In this document: positions 38,385 to 50,647 of the stretch, in pieces | How positions within the stretch are numbered: position 1 is the first letter of the stretch | Layout of the letters: each line of letters starts with the position of its first letter | From: an uncultured Eubacteriales bacterium | Lineage (GTDB): Bacteria > Bacillota > Clostridia > Christensenellales > CAG-138 | Length of the DNA stretch: 64,000 nucleotides | NCBI GenBank assembly: GCA_900540495.1 | Contig: UQGA01000010.1 | Coordinates: 20-64,019 of the forward strand | Direction of reading: 5' to 3' | Position numbers and translations under genes: made by a program | Notes under the pieces: model-generated | The model's input: the letters and a program-made list of their open reading frames with translations, nothing else | Told to the model about the DNA's origin: nothing | The model's database searches: none

Positions 38385-38960
38385 ATGCGCATCATTCTGG
38401 CTTCCGAATCCCCGCGTCGCCGGGAACTGCTCACGCTCATGGGCCTGGACTTTACGGTTGTGCCGAGCCACGCCGAAGAGCGCGCGCCCGCGCATGCCAC
38501 CCCGGACGAGATCGTGCGCGCCATTGCGCTGCAAAAAGCGTCGGCGGTCGCCGCCTTCTACCCGCAGGAATGCGTTATCGGCGCCGATACCATCGTTTAT
38601 CTGGACGGAACGGTATTGGGCAAACCGCATACGCCGCAGCGCGCCCGCGAATATCTGACGAGGATGCAGGGCCGCACGCATACGGTATACACGGGTGTAG
38701 CGGTGCTTGCGAACGGCCGCGTCGATGTGCGGCACGCTGAAACGCAGGTCACGTTCGCCCCCATGTGCGCCGAGGAGATCGATCGCTACGTCGCCACCGG
38801 CGATCCGCTTGACAAAGCCGGCGCTTACGGCGTGCAGGGGCCGTTCGCCGTGTATGTGGACAGGATCGAGGGCAACTACTTCAACGTCATCGGGATGCCG
38901 TTGCCGCTGCTTTACCGTATGTTGTGCGACGCCGGCGTCCTCCCCTTGGCAAGCGTATGA
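38385..38960 (+). CDS. maf: Maf-family nucleoside triphosphate pyrophosphatase
   Basis: ORF trimmed to ATG 38385. MRIILASESPRRRELL, GADTIV and DKAGAYGVQG motifs are present. Confidence 0.9.
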   Translation: MRIILASESPRRRELLTLMGLDFTVVPSHAEERAPAHATPDEIVRAIALQKASAVAAFYPQECVIGADTIVYLDGTVLGKPHTPQRAREYLTRMQGRTHTVYTGVAVLANGRVDVRHAETQVTFAPMCAEEIDRYVATGDPLDKAGAYGVQGPFAVYVDRIEGNYFNVIGMPLPLLYRMLCDAGVLPLASV

Positions 38961-40807
38961 ATCAGATCATCGAGGAAAAACTGCGCCTGCTGCCCTCCGC
39001 CCCCGGCGTATACAAGATGTTTAACGCTGCCGGCGAGGTCATCTATGTGGGCAAGGCGGTCTCGCTGAAAAACCGCGTGCGGCAGTACTTCCAGTCCTCA
39101 AAAAATCATACCCCCAAGGTCCGCGCGATGGTCAGCCATATCGCGGATTTTGAGACGTTGCGCACCGCCAACGAGACCGAGGCGCTGACGCTGGAATCAA
39201 ACCTCATCAAGCAGTTCAAGCCGCGTTATAACATCCTGCTCAAGGACGACAAGCATTTTCCCTATGTGCGCATCGATTATCGGCAGGACTTCCCGCGCGT
39301 CGAAATCGTCCGCCGCGTACAGAACGATGGCGCGCGCTATCTCGGTCCGTTTCTTTCCGGCATCGCGCTGAGAGACGGCATGAATGTCGTGCGCGAGCAC
39401 TTCCCCGTCCGCCATTGCCGCAAGGACCTGAAAAAGGCCATGGCCCGGCGCGAGCGGCCATGCCTGATGTACCACGTGGGCAAATGCTGCGCCCCCTGCT
39501 CCGGCAACGTCTCCCGCGCGGAATACCACGCGATGCTCGATGAGATCAGCGCCTTTTTGACCGGCCATACCGAGCGCGTTCTTCGGGAGCTGAACGAACG
39601 GATGCAGCAGGCCGCCGAGTCGCTGCAGTTTGAGCGCGCCGCCGCGCTGCGGGACAGCATTCGCGCCGTGGAAACGCTGCGCGACAAGCAGGCGGCCATC
39701 GGGACGCACAAGGACATGATGGATGTGTTCGCCCTTGGCCGCCTGGACGAGAGCGTGCTGGTCTTCGCATTGTTCGTACGAGACGGCAAAGTGATCGGCA
39801 CGGAAAAGTTCCGCATGGGCGCCGGCGATGGCGAGACGGAGGAAGAAATCCTCGCCGCTTTCTTAAAACAGTATTATCTGGAGGCCGCCGCCTTCCCGCC
39901 GGAAATCCTGCTGTACAGCGATGCGGCCGATATGGAGATCATCGCCGCCTGGCTGTCTGAGCGCGCGAGGCGCAGGGTATGGCTGCACCGCCCGCAGCGC
40001 GGCGCAAAGGCAAAGCTGGCCGAGCTGGCGCACCGCAACTGCGTGGATGCGCTGGAAAAGGATGCGGCACTGCAGCGCCGCGCCTGGGAGCGTGGCGAGG
40101 GCGCACTGGCGGAGCTGTCCGGCCTGCTGGGTCTGGAGACCGTCCCGGAGCGGCTCGAATGCTTCGACAACTCGCACATACAGGGCCGCGACACCGTATC
40201 CTCCATGGTCGTCTTTACCAACGGGCAGCCCGACCGCAAAGCCTATCGCCGCTTCCGCATTCGCGCGGAGGCGGGCGGCGACGACCTTGTCGCCATGCGC
40301 GAGGCGCTCACGCGCCGTTTTGCGCGCTTTGCAAGCGGCGACGCCGGATTTGACCGTTTGCCGGACCTGCTCGTGATCGACGGCGGGCGAACGCAACTCG
40401 ACGTGGCGATCGAAGCGCTTGCAGAAGCCGGATTATCATTTGTGCCGGTGATCGGTCTCGCCGAAGCGCATGAACTGATCTATCAGCCGGGGGAAGAACA
40501 GCCGCTCGCCCTGCCGTACAACAGCGCCGCTCTGCATCTGCTTGAACGGCTGCGCGATGAGGCGCACCGCTTCGCCGTTTCCTATCACCGCAGCCTGCGA
40601 CAGAAGAATGCGTTGTTCTCCATCCTCGATCAAATTGACGGCATAGGCGACCGTCGCAAACGCGCGCTATTTGACGCGTTCGTCACGCTTGACGCGATGA
40701 AGGCCGCCACCGTGGAACAGCTCGCCGCCGTGCCCGCGATGACGCACGCCACCGCCGAAGCGGTCTACGCCTATTTTCACCCGGAGGAGACGCCGCCCGC
40801 AGAATGA
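38957..40807 (+). CDS. uvrC: excinuclease ABC subunit C
   Basis: ORF trimmed to ATG 38957 (ATGA overlap with maf). GIY-YIG domain PGVYKMFNAAGEVIYVGKA, a UVR domain and a C-terminal HhH are present. Confidence 0.95.
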   Translation: MNQIIEEKLRLLPSAPGVYKMFNAAGEVIYVGKAVSLKNRVRQYFQSSKNHTPKVRAMVSHIADFETLRTANETEALTLESNLIKQFKPRYNILLKDDKHFPYVRIDYRQDFPRVEIVRRVQNDGARYLGPFLSGIALRDGMNVVREHFPVRHCRKDLKKAMARRERPCLMYHVGKCCAPCSGNVSRAEYHAMLDEISAFLTGHTERVLRELNERMQQAAESLQFERAAALRDSIRAVETLRDKQAAIGTHKDMMDVFALGRLDESVLVFALFVRDGKVIGTEKFRMGAGDGETEEEILAAFLKQYYLEAAAFPPEILLYSDAADMEIIAAWLSERARRRVWLHRPQRGAKAKLAELAHRNCVDALEKDAALQRRAWERGEGALAELSGLLGLETVPERLECFDNSHIQGRDTVSSMVVFTNGQPDRKAYRRFRIRAEAGGDDLVAMREALTRRFARFASGDAGFDRLPDLLVIDGGRTQLDVAIEALAEAGLSFVPVIGLAEAHELIYQPGEEQPLALPYNSAALHLLERLRDEAHRFAVSYHRSLRQKNALFSILDQIDGIGDRRKRALFDAFVTLDAMKAATVEQLAAVPAMTHATAEAVYAYFHPEETPPAE

Positions 40808-40947
40808 GCCGGAAACGCCGGGCAGGCGCAACGCGAAAAAGCGGACGAACCGCCAGGCCGAAATCCGGCCGGAGCGCAGGCACAGAAGCCGCAAGCGGAA
40901 CCCGGGAATTGGGTTTTGTATTCTTGCGGGGTTTCACAGGAAAAACG

Positions 40948-40975
40948 AATGCCGCCGGATGCGCCCGGCGGCATT
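40948..40975. terminator. bidirectional rho-independent terminator between uvrC and the convergent 40991 gene
   Basis: AATGCCGCCGG-ATGCGC-CCGGCGGCATT is an 11-bp perfect stem. It is flanked by AAAAACG on the left (a U-tract for the minus strand) and TTGTCTT on the right. Confidence 0.6.
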
Positions 40976-40990
40976 TGTCTTAAAAAGTCT

Positions 40991-41425
40991 TTACAGGTAC
41001 GGCCGCAGATCGACTGCGAGCTGTTCCTCGATATGAATCAGGCGGCCGGCCAGCGCCTTGGAACGCTCGTCAGCAGCCGCATACTGATTCAAATACCGGC
41101 TGAGCGACTTGACGCCCATGTTGCACCCGTCGATGAGCAGATCTGCAATCGTCGCATCGGACGCGTCGAGCGCAAGCTTGACGCCGGTCTTCATGTGCGC
41201 CATGCCCTGCGCCACCTTGCTTGGCTCCTTACCGTCATCCTCATACTCGAGCAGCAGTTTTTCCAGTTTCAGTTTCAGACCGCGATGTTCGTCGCGGCAG
41301 TGGCACAGCAATGTTTCCAGTTCTTCATCCTGCACGGCGCCCAATACGTCGTCGATGGACGAGGTTCCCATGGTGATGCCGGCATCGCATTCGCGCAACA
41401 GTCGGATGGTATCCTGCTCAATCAT
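40991..41425 (-). CDS. hypothetical all-helical protein (four-helix-bundle-like)
   Basis: 144-aa ORF with RBS AAAGGAGCG and helical heptad-like composition. No confidently recalled family. Confidence 0.5.
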   Translation of the reverse strand: MIEQDTIRLLRECDAGITMGTSSIDDVLGAVQDEELETLLCHCRDEHRGLKLKLEKLLLEYEDDGKEPSKVAQGMAHMKTGVKLALDASDATIADLLIDGCNMGVKSLSRYLNQYAAADERSKALAGRLIHIEEQLAVDLRPYL

Positions 41426-41734
41426 ACAAACGCTCCTTTCCCTTTGCCGGTAGTCTTGCCAACAGCGGCGAAAAATATAAACAAATTCGCCGGAGGCGCT
41501 GCCCCTGCCGGTCCGGCGTCAGATGGTCGGGGATGCGATCCGGGTGCGGGCGGAGCGTGGCGCGAAAACGAACGGCGCTTCCTTCATCGAAGAACGGGCG
41601 CAGGGAACATCCGGTTCAGGCTGCGCGCGGCAGAATTGCAGGAACAGGCGCCGCCCCGCACGATGCGCGGGGAACGCCCGTTGCGTACCGGAATCGCTTG
41701 GAACCGCGGTTACGCGCAAAAAGCGGCTGCGTGC

Positions 41735-41770
41735 AGAAAAAGCGCCCCTTCCGCAGGAAGCGGAAGGGAC
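41735..41770 (-). terminator. rho-independent terminator of gap
   Basis: On the minus strand, CCCTTCCGC-TTCCT-GCGGAAGGG is followed by GCGCTTTTTCT, directly after the gap stop. Confidence 0.6.
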
Positions 41771-41797
41771 GCCGGCATTTGTCTTGCGGGATATGGG

Positions 41798-43902
<2,105 letters not shown>

Positions 43903-44003
43903 GAACCTCCTGAATTTTGGGGTTTCACGGCCGCCGTCGCAGGCCGTTCTTCCTTATTTTGCCTGTATAGTATACCCCATTTTTGCGCTCTTTGCAATTT
44001 CCC

Positions 44004-44031
44004 TTGCAATTTGGGGCAGATGCGGTATAAT
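44004..44031 (+). promoter_or_regulatory. candidate sigma-A promoter of fba
   Basis: TTGCAA (44004-44009), a 16-nt spacer, then TATAAT (44026-44031), 38 nt upstream of the fba ATG. Confidence 0.5.
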
Positions 44032-44068
44032 GGCAACGGGAATTTTATGATCCAAAGGAGATGAGCAT

Positions 44069-45004
44069 ATGCCAGTTGTCACCAGCACCAAGATGTTTGA
44101 GGACGCCTACAAGAATGGTTATGCCATTGGCGCGTTCAACGTCAACAACATGGAGATCATTCAGGGCATTACGGAAGCCGCCAAGGAGCTGCGCGCCCCA
44201 TTGATCCTGCAGGTCAGCTCCGGCGCGCGCAAGTACGCCAACCATACCTACCTCATGAAGCTGATCGAGGCCGCCTGTATTGAGACGGAGCTGCCCATCT
44301 GCGTCCACCTCGACCACGGCGATACGTTCGAACTGTGCAAGAGCTGCATTGACGGCGGTTTCTCCTCCGTCATGATCGACGGCTCGCATCATCCCTATGA
44401 AGAGAACGTCAAGCTGACGCGGCAGGTCGTGGAATATGCGCACGATCACGGCGTGGTCGTCGAGGGCGAGCTCGGCCGTCTGGAGGGCGTGGAGGACGAC
44501 GTGAAGGTCGCCGCCGGCGAAGGTTCGTATACCGATCCGGATCAGGTGCAGGACTTCGTCTCCCGCACCGGCGTGGATTCGCTGGCCATCGCCATCGGCA
44601 CGAGCCACGGCGCCTACAAGTTCAAGCCCGGCACGAAGCCGCAGCTCCGCTTCGACATCCTGGAAGAGGTGGAAAAGCGCCTGCCCGGCTTCCCGATCGT
44701 CCTGCACGGCGCTTCCAGCGTCGTACCGGAGTTCGTCGAGATGATCAACCAGTATGGCGGCCAGATGCCGGACGCCATCGGCGTACCGGAGGACATGCTG
44801 CGCAAGGCCGCGAGCATGGCCGTTTGCAAGATCAACATCGACAGCGACCTGCGCCTGGCCATGACCGGCACCATCCGCAAGTACTTTGCGGAAAACCCGT
44901 CGCACTTCGACCCGCGGCAGTACCTCAAGCCGGCGCGCGAGGCCATCAAGAAGATGGTCGCGCACAAGATCGTCGACGTGCTCGGCTGCAACGGCAAAGC
45001 GTAA
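44069..45004 (+). CDS. fba: class II fructose-1,6-bisphosphate aldolase
   Basis: YAIGAFNVNNME, VHLDHG, SVMIDGS and AIGTSHGAYKF motifs are present. Confidence 0.95.
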   Translation: MPVVTSTKMFEDAYKNGYAIGAFNVNNMEIIQGITEAAKELRAPLILQVSSGARKYANHTYLMKLIEAACIETELPICVHLDHGDTFELCKSCIDGGFSSVMIDGSHHPYEENVKLTRQVVEYAHDHGVVVEGELGRLEGVEDDVKVAAGEGSYTDPDQVQDFVSRTGVDSLAIAIGTSHGAYKFKPGTKPQLRFDILEEVEKRLPGFPIVLHGASSVVPEFVEMINQYGGQMPDAIGVPEDMLRKAASMAVCKINIDSDLRLAMTGTIRKYFAENPSHFDPRQYLKPAREAIKKMVAHKIVDVLGCNGKA

Positions 45005-45014
45005 CCGACGACAG

Positions 45015-45052
45015 GCGGAGCGGCGTACCCGCCGCTCCGCACTTTCCTTTCC
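45015..45052 (+). terminator. rho-independent terminator of fba
   Basis: GCGGAGCGGC-GTACCC-GCCGCTCCGC is a 10-bp perfect stem followed by ACTTTCCTTTCC. Confidence 0.65.
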
Positions 45053-45119
45053 TCGCCCCTGCTGCGGGGGCATCGCCGTAATCCGCACATCCTGACTTCT
45101 CTTCACTGGGGGAATTTTG

Positions 45120-45587
45120 ATGAATCAGGCAGACCTGACCTTCCAGAATGACGGCGGGCATTTTTCCTTTCGCGTGCGCGCAATCATCCTCGATGGCGAC
45201 CGCCTGCTCATGGTGCGCCATCCGCTCGGCTACTATTACCCCGTGGGCGGTCGCGTTCACATGGGGGAAAGTTCCGTGGACGCGCTGCTGCGCGAGGTAC
45301 AGGAGGAGACGGGCGTCGCAATGGAGATCGACCGCATCGGCTTTCTGCACGAAAACTTTTTCTTCGACGAGCGCCGCAAGGCCAACCATCACGAGGTTGC
45401 GCTCTACTACTATATGCGCCCGCTTCCCGGCCTGTCTGAGCGGCCCCTCAACGGCAGCTCCGGCGACGCGCTCTGCTGGCTCCCGTTGGACGATCTCTCC
45501 TCCGAGCGCCTGTTCCCTACGTTTTTCAAAACACGCCTGCAACAGCCGACCGACCGCCTCGAGCACATCTTTACCTGGGAAAACTGA
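45120..45587 (+). CDS. NUDIX hydrolase
   Basis: Nudix box GGRVHMGESSVDALLREVQEETGV. Confidence 0.8.
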   Translation: MNQADLTFQNDGGHFSFRVRAIILDGDRLLMVRHPLGYYYPVGGRVHMGESSVDALLREVQEETGVAMEIDRIGFLHENFFFDERRKANHHEVALYYYMRPLPGLSERPLNGSSGDALCWLPLDDLSSERLFPTFFKTRLQQPTDRLEHIFTWEN

Positions 45588-45747
45588 ACGGTGGAGACAG
45601 CGACAACAGGCGCCACGCGCGTGTTTCGCCGCCCTTTGGCTGGAGGAAACGCAGGCCAATCGGGCGACGTTTGCGGGCTGCAAGATGACGAATGGTTTTA
45701 CAAGCCGCTTCCGCGAAACTAAAGCCGAAACGGACAATGGAAATCGT

Positions 45748-46239
45748 ATGCGCATTGTGACGGTTACGGAACAAACGATCGCGGACGCCGGCCGCATCCA
45801 TTCTGAAAGCTGGAGGGCGTCGCACAGCGGCTTCTGCTCCGCCGAATTTGTGGAAAGGCACACGCCGGCAGCGCAGGTCGATTATCTGCGCCGGGAAATG
45901 GCCTGCGGGAAGCGGGTCTATCTGCTCGTAGACGTATCCCCGGTTGGGATCGTATCGGTGCAGGGCAATCGAATCGAAAACCTGTATGTGTTGCCCGCCG
46001 AACAGAACAAAGGATATGGCACGGTGCTCCTGAAGCACGCCGTCCGCTGCTGCGAAGGCGTGCCCACGGTTTGGGTCCTGCATCACAACGATGGCGCCCT
46101 CCGGTTCTATCGCCGGAACGGGTTCCGGGAAACCGGGAGGGAAAAGCGGCTGAACGAGCATCTGCGCGAGGTGGAGCTTGCGGGATGTTTGGTGCAGGGG
46201 GCCTCCGGCACGGGTTGCGATGCCCGCCTGCGCGAATGA
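45748..46239 (+). CDS. GNAT-family N-acetyltransferase
   Basis: This is the C-terminal part of track ORF 45148..46239, starting at MRIVTVTE (ATG 45748). The acetyl-CoA motif VLPAEQNKGYGTVLLKHAV...ALRFYRRNGF is present. Confidence 0.75.
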   Translation: MRIVTVTEQTIADAGRIHSESWRASHSGFCSAEFVERHTPAAQVDYLRREMACGKRVYLLVDVSPVGIVSVQGNRIENLYVLPAEQNKGYGTVLLKHAVRCCEGVPTVWVLHHNDGALRFYRRNGFRETGREKRLNEHLREVELAGCLVQGASGTGCDARLRE

Positions 46240-46365
46240 AGACCGTCCGCGTGAACGAATAGAACAGATGCGCTTCCAATGCGGGGCAGACAGGCCCCTA
46301 TACAAGAGGAAGCGGGAAGCAAAAGCGGACGCTCGCAATGGCAGGGGCGTCCACGGACAAATTCG

Positions 46366-47805
46366 TCAGTCAAAGCGCAGATAGGCCACCAGCATGCGAT
46401 GGTCGGAGCAGTCGTTCTGAATCAGGCGCGCGCCCAGCACCGTGATGTTGGGCGAAACCAGGATGTTATCGATCTCGTTTTTGCCAATGCGCTCTCCCGC
46501 ATCGTCGTAAAAAATCAGATCCCTCGTGTTGACAGCGGTGTAGCCCCTAAGCTGGGCAAACTCCGAGGCGGCGGCATTAAAGTCGCCAAAGAGGATCCGG
46601 TAGGGGTTGGGGTCGCTGTCGAGCGCATCCAGGATTTCGGCAAACTGGCGGCTTCTCAAGGACGCCGATTCAAAGGACAGGTGCGTATTATAAAGGGAAA
46701 CGGATCGTCCGTCAACCGTGATGACCGTATGCTGGAGCACACGCTGCTCATGCGAACCGCTGTAAAGCCGTGCCGTGGAGGAGCCCATCAGCGTATAGCA
46801 CGAAAGAAATCCCACGCCGTACTGCCCGCCGCCGCTGTAGGAGAGCGCCTCGGCAAAGGCCATGTTCTGCATGGTCTTCGTGCGCAGGCTGGCGAGATTG
46901 TCCGTATGGGTGCTGCCGGCAGTATTGCGATAGACCTCCTGCAGCGCCAGCACATCGAGCTGCTGATTCTCCACGAGGCGGCCCTGCTCCACAAGCCGGG
47001 CATTGCCGCGCTTGATATTCCATGTGCCCACGGCCAGCGCGCCGCGCACGAGATACACCGTATACCGCTCTTCCCCGCCCACGCCGATGCGGACGGCCCT
47101 GTAACCGGAAGCGGGCATGCCAATGGTATACCGGGCCTGACCGGTGCCGCCCACGTCCACCTGCACGCCGTCGTTTGCGGATGCCTCGATGGTCACGGCG
47201 TCCGCTTCCACGCGCACCACGTAACCATACTCGTCCGGAGAAAAGGCGGGCGTCATCGTGCCGCCCGATACGGCGAGCGACGTAAGCTGCGCATCCGACG
47301 CTTTGGCGGCAAGCCGCAGATAGTCGGCCGAAATATAGGCCTCCTTGCCGTTGAAGTCGATCCGATGCCAGCCGTCCGCGGCAAACGCCTCCGTCACCGT
47401 CCAAACGCTCCCCTTCTCCGCCGTACCAACGCGCTTGGAAGACGCGGTGGCGGCGGCGCGGACGTTGACGAATTCCCTGCAGTTGACGACCGTGGCGGTG
47501 TATTCGCGCCGGTAGGCGGGCAACGAGAGGTCGAGATTGACATACATGCGGTTGACATACCCCGTCGTGCCGGCATAGCGCACACGATGCCACTCCGCAT
47601 TGACGTTGGTTTCGAGGATTTCCACCACCGTACCCCGGGCGAGCCGACGGATCAGCGCGGCGTCCTGATCCGCTCCGCGGCGGAAGGCGACGCTGTCCCC
47701 CGTGATCAATCCCCTGTCATATGTCTGCGCGAGCGCCGCTGCCGGTGCAAGCGTACCGCTCAGCAGCAACAGCACGAGCAACAATACGGCCAGCCTGCGT
47801 TTCAT
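46366..47805 (-). CDS. secreted endonuclease/exonuclease/phosphatase (EEP) family protein with two SH3b-like domains and a cadherin-like beta-sandwich
   Basis: ORF trimmed to MKRRLAVLLLV (signal peptide). It has two SH3b-like repeats, LTSLAVSGGTMTPAFSPDEYGY, and an EEP domain VGTWNIKRGN...LLALQEV...GDFNA...SDHRML. Confidence 0.75.
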   Translation of the reverse strand: MKRRLAVLLLVLLLLSGTLAPAAALAQTYDRGLITGDSVAFRRGADQDAALIRRLARGTVVEILETNVNAEWHRVRYAGTTGYVNRMYVNLDLSLPAYRREYTATVVNCREFVNVRAAATASSKRVGTAEKGSVWTVTEAFAADGWHRIDFNGKEAYISADYLRLAAKASDAQLTSLAVSGGTMTPAFSPDEYGYVVRVEADAVTIEASANDGVQVDVGGTGQARYTIGMPASGYRAVRIGVGGEERYTVYLVRGALAVGTWNIKRGNARLVEQGRLVENQQLDVLALQEVYRNTAGSTHTDNLASLRTKTMQNMAFAEALSYSGGGQYGVGFLSCYTLMGSSTARLYSGSHEQRVLQHTVITVDGRSVSLYNTHLSFESASLRSRQFAEILDALDSDPNPYRILFGDFNAAASEFAQLRGYTAVNTRDLIFYDDAGERIGKNEIDNILVSPNITVLGARLIQNDCSDHRMLVAYLRFD

Positions 47806-47906
47806 GCGCCCTCCCGAAGCCAATGGAATGATATCGACTTGAGTGTATGCGTTTTTGGGGGAAAGCGCAAGGCGATGCCTCGCCTGTTTACGGATTCGTT
47901 ACAAGT

Positions 47907-49778
47907 TCAACGGCAACGGTACAGCGCCGCCTCATAGGGTCTGAGGCGCGCACAGGTGTCCGCATAGTTGCCGGCAAGCCGTTCCATGCCGTCAACCGCC
48001 TTGGGCCGGCGCTGCGGTCGTTCGGACAGGTTGGCCTCCACATAGAACCTTTGGCCGCGCTCGCTGCGAAAATAGCAGAACACGTCCCGCCGCGCTGCTG
48101 CGACCGGTTCAAACGCGCCGTACACCAGCGCCCGGCAATCGCGCCTGAGACCGATGAGCCGGCGGTAGAAGTTGAAGACGGAGCTCTCATCCTCGCGCTG
48201 CCGCGCAGCGCTCGCAGCGACGGTCCCGTCTGCGCAGAGCCACGGCACGCCCGTCGTAAAGCCGCCGTTCGGCGTGTCGTCCCACACCATCGGCACGCGC
48301 GCGTGGTCGCGCGTCCCCGGCAATACGGCCGCAAGCGCCGTCGCGGCATCCATGCCGCTTTCGATCAGCTCCTTATAACGGTTGCGGCTCTCCACGTCCC
48401 GGAGTTGATCGATCCCCTCAAAGGCGGCGTTGACCGCGCCGAGCTCCTGGCCCTGATAGAGAAATACGGTGCCGCGCGACGTGAGCAGCAGCAGCGCAAG
48501 CAATTTGGCAAGCGGTTCGCGCAACCCGTCCGGCGGCGCAATTTTGGAAACCATGCGCGGATTGTCATGGTTCTCCAGAAAGATGCTTGGCCACGCCGTA
48601 TCCGCATGCGCGCCCTCGTAGGCGATGAAGCACCGCTTGAGATGGTTGAGATCGTAACGATAGGCGTCAAACTTGCTCCTGTGCGGCTCGTCGAGATGAT
48701 CAAAACAGAAGATCGTATCCAGCTCCCGCCGCGACGGGGCCGAAAGGAGTTTCCCCATCTCCGGCCCGACGCCCGGCGTCTCGCCCACGGCAAACGTCTC
48801 GCCGAGCCCGTCGGCGCGCAGTTCGCGCAGATACTCGTGCAGGTGGGCGCCGAAGAAATAGTGTTCAATGCCGGTGGTGCCGAGCAAGCCGCCCAGCATT
48901 TCATTGCCGTCGCACAGCGACGTCTTGCTGATGAGGTTGATCACATCAAACCGGAAGCCGTCCACCCCGCGTGACCGCCAGAAGCGAACGATGTCGCACG
49001 CCTCCCTCCTCACGGCGGAATTCTCCCAGTTCAGATCCATCTGCTTGGCGGAGAACAGATGCAGCGCCCATGCCCGCCGCGACGGTTCGTATCGCCAGGC
49101 GCTGCCGGAGAAGAACGAAAGCCAGTTGTTCGGCGGCGCATCCCCCCGCCCCTCGCGGAAGATGTAGTAAGCCGGATACGGCTCCTCGCCGGCAAGCGCG
49201 CGCCGGTACCACTCGTGCTCGTCGGAGGTATGGTTGAACACCATGTCGAGCACCACCCGGATGCCGAGCGCATGTGCGCGCGCAATCAGGCGGTCCATAT
49301 CCGCCATCGTGCCGAACTCCTCCATGATCCGGCGATAATCCCGCACATCGTAGCCGTTGTCGTCGTTCGGGGAGTCGAATACGGGAGAAAGCCACAGCGC
49401 CGTCACGCCAAGCTCGGAAAGATACGGCAATTTTTCGATAACACCCGGCAGATCGCCAACACCGTCGCCGTCGGAGTCGCAGAACGAGCGCGGATAGATC
49501 TGATAGATCACCGCTTCCTTCCACCAGGCGCGCACACCGCCATCGCCCGTCGCAGTCTCGCCTTCGCTCCGGTTGCACAGCGCGAGCAGATCATCCAGCA
49601 GAGCGTCGTCGAGCAGGCCGCCGGAAACCCGTCGCAATGCCCCAAGGCGGATGCACCGAACGATCGGGTTGTTCAACAAACGGTCGCTCAGTCCCGCGTA
49701 TTGCACGAGACGTCCGACAAGATCGTTGCCAATCGGATTGTCAAGCAGGTCGCCGATCCGGCTTTGACGGGTAAGCAT
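47907..49778 (-). CDS. GH13 alpha-glucosidase (oligo-1,6-glucosidase / trehalose-6-P hydrolase type) with a roughly 75-aa N-terminal extension
   Basis: WWKEAVIYQIYPRSFCDSDGDGVGDLPG, VVLDMVFNHTSDEH, GFRFDVINL and ENHDNPR motifs are present. A strong GGAGGA RBS lies 7 nt before ATG 49778. Confidence 0.9.
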   Translation of the reverse strand: MLTRQSRIGDLLDNPIGNDLVGRLVQYAGLSDRLLNNPIVRCIRLGALRRVSGGLLDDALLDDLLALCNRSEGETATGDGGVRAWWKEAVIYQIYPRSFCDSDGDGVGDLPGVIEKLPYLSELGVTALWLSPVFDSPNDDNGYDVRDYRRIMEEFGTMADMDRLIARAHALGIRVVLDMVFNHTSDEHEWYRRALAGEEPYPAYYIFREGRGDAPPNNWLSFFSGSAWRYEPSRRAWALHLFSAKQMDLNWENSAVRREACDIVRFWRSRGVDGFRFDVINLISKTSLCDGNEMLGGLLGTTGIEHYFFGAHLHEYLRELRADGLGETFAVGETPGVGPEMGKLLSAPSRRELDTIFCFDHLDEPHRSKFDAYRYDLNHLKRCFIAYEGAHADTAWPSIFLENHDNPRMVSKIAPPDGLREPLAKLLALLLLTSRGTVFLYQGQELGAVNAAFEGIDQLRDVESRNRYKELIESGMDAATALAAVLPGTRDHARVPMVWDDTPNGGFTTGVPWLCADGTVAASAARQREDESSVFNFYRRLIGLRRDCRALVYGAFEPVAAARRDVFCYFRSERGQRFYVEANLSERPQRRPKAVDGMERLAGNYADTCARLRPYEAALYRCR

Positions 49779-49901
49779 GCGGTTTCCTCCGGTTGGTTTT
49801 GTTCAAAAGGATATCCTCAGTCCTCAGTATACAGCGCCGAACCCCGGAACGCAAGGCGCGTCCCGCCGCATATCCGCTCCCGCTTTGGCCATGCTAAGCA
49901 C

Positions 49902-50615
49902 ATGTGGTTGGATTTCCTTAAAATTGTCGGAACGGCACTTGCCTCCGCCATTGCGCTGTTCCTGCTGACAAAGCTCACGGGCAACAAGCAGATCTCGCAG
50001 ATGTCGATGTTCGACTATGTTGTGGGCATTACGATCGGTTCGATCGCCGCCGAGATGGCCACGGAGCTGGAAGCGCCGCACCATTCGCTGCTGGCGATGG
50101 TGATATACGGTGTGCTGGCCTTCCTGATATCGGTAGGGACGAGCAAGTCGATGCGTCTGCGGCGTTTCTTCACGGGCCGGCCAATCCTGTTGATGAGCGA
50201 TGGGAAGATTTATCGTAACGCGCTGAAAAAGGCGCGCCTCGACCTGTCCGATTTTCTGACGCTTTGCCGCGCTGCCGGGTATTTCGACCCGGCGACGATC
50301 AGCATCGCCATCATGGAATGCAATGGGACGGTGAGCTTTTTGCCCACTGCCGCGCAGCGCGCGGCACAGCCGGCCGATTTCGGTATCCATCCGAAGCAGG
50401 AGCCGCTGCTGTGCAATGTGATTTTGGACGGCGTGCTGATGCGCGCCAACCTGCGCGCCGCCGGGTTCGAGGAAACATGGTTGCGCGGGCAGCTGCGCGA
50501 ACGCGGTTATACCGCCTATCGGCAGATCCTGCTTGCCACTTGCGATACGGCCGGATCGCTGACCATATATCCCATGGACGTCAGGGTTCCAAGAAAGAGC
50601 GACCCTTTTGCCTGA
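49902..50615 (+). CDS. DUF421 (YetF-like) membrane protein
   Basis: This is the C-terminal 237 codons of track ORF 49059..50615, starting at MWLDFLKIVGTAL. LTGNKQISQMSMFDYVVGITIGSIAAE is the DUF421 signature. Confidence 0.8.
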   Translation: MWLDFLKIVGTALASAIALFLLTKLTGNKQISQMSMFDYVVGITIGSIAAEMATELEAPHHSLLAMVIYGVLAFLISVGTSKSMRLRRFFTGRPILLMSDGKIYRNALKKARLDLSDFLTLCRAAGYFDPATISIAIMECNGTVSFLPTAAQRAAQPADFGIHPKQEPLLCNVILDGVLMRANLRAAGFEETWLRGQLRERGYTAYRQILLATCDTAGSLTIYPMDVRVPRKSDPFA

Positions 50616-50647
50616 TGCGTCGTTCGCGTCTATAAATATGGCGGCGG

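Noticed and set aside
45148-46239. The 363-aa ORF spanning the NUDIX gene and the GNAT gene.
   Set aside because: Its first two thirds are an alternative frame of the NUDIX gene (45120..45587) and intergenic DNA. Only the part from ATG 45748 has GNAT motifs.
49059-50615. The 518-aa plus-strand ORF.
   Set aside because: The first roughly 280 codons are antisense to the GH13 gene. The DUF421 protein starts at ATG 49902.
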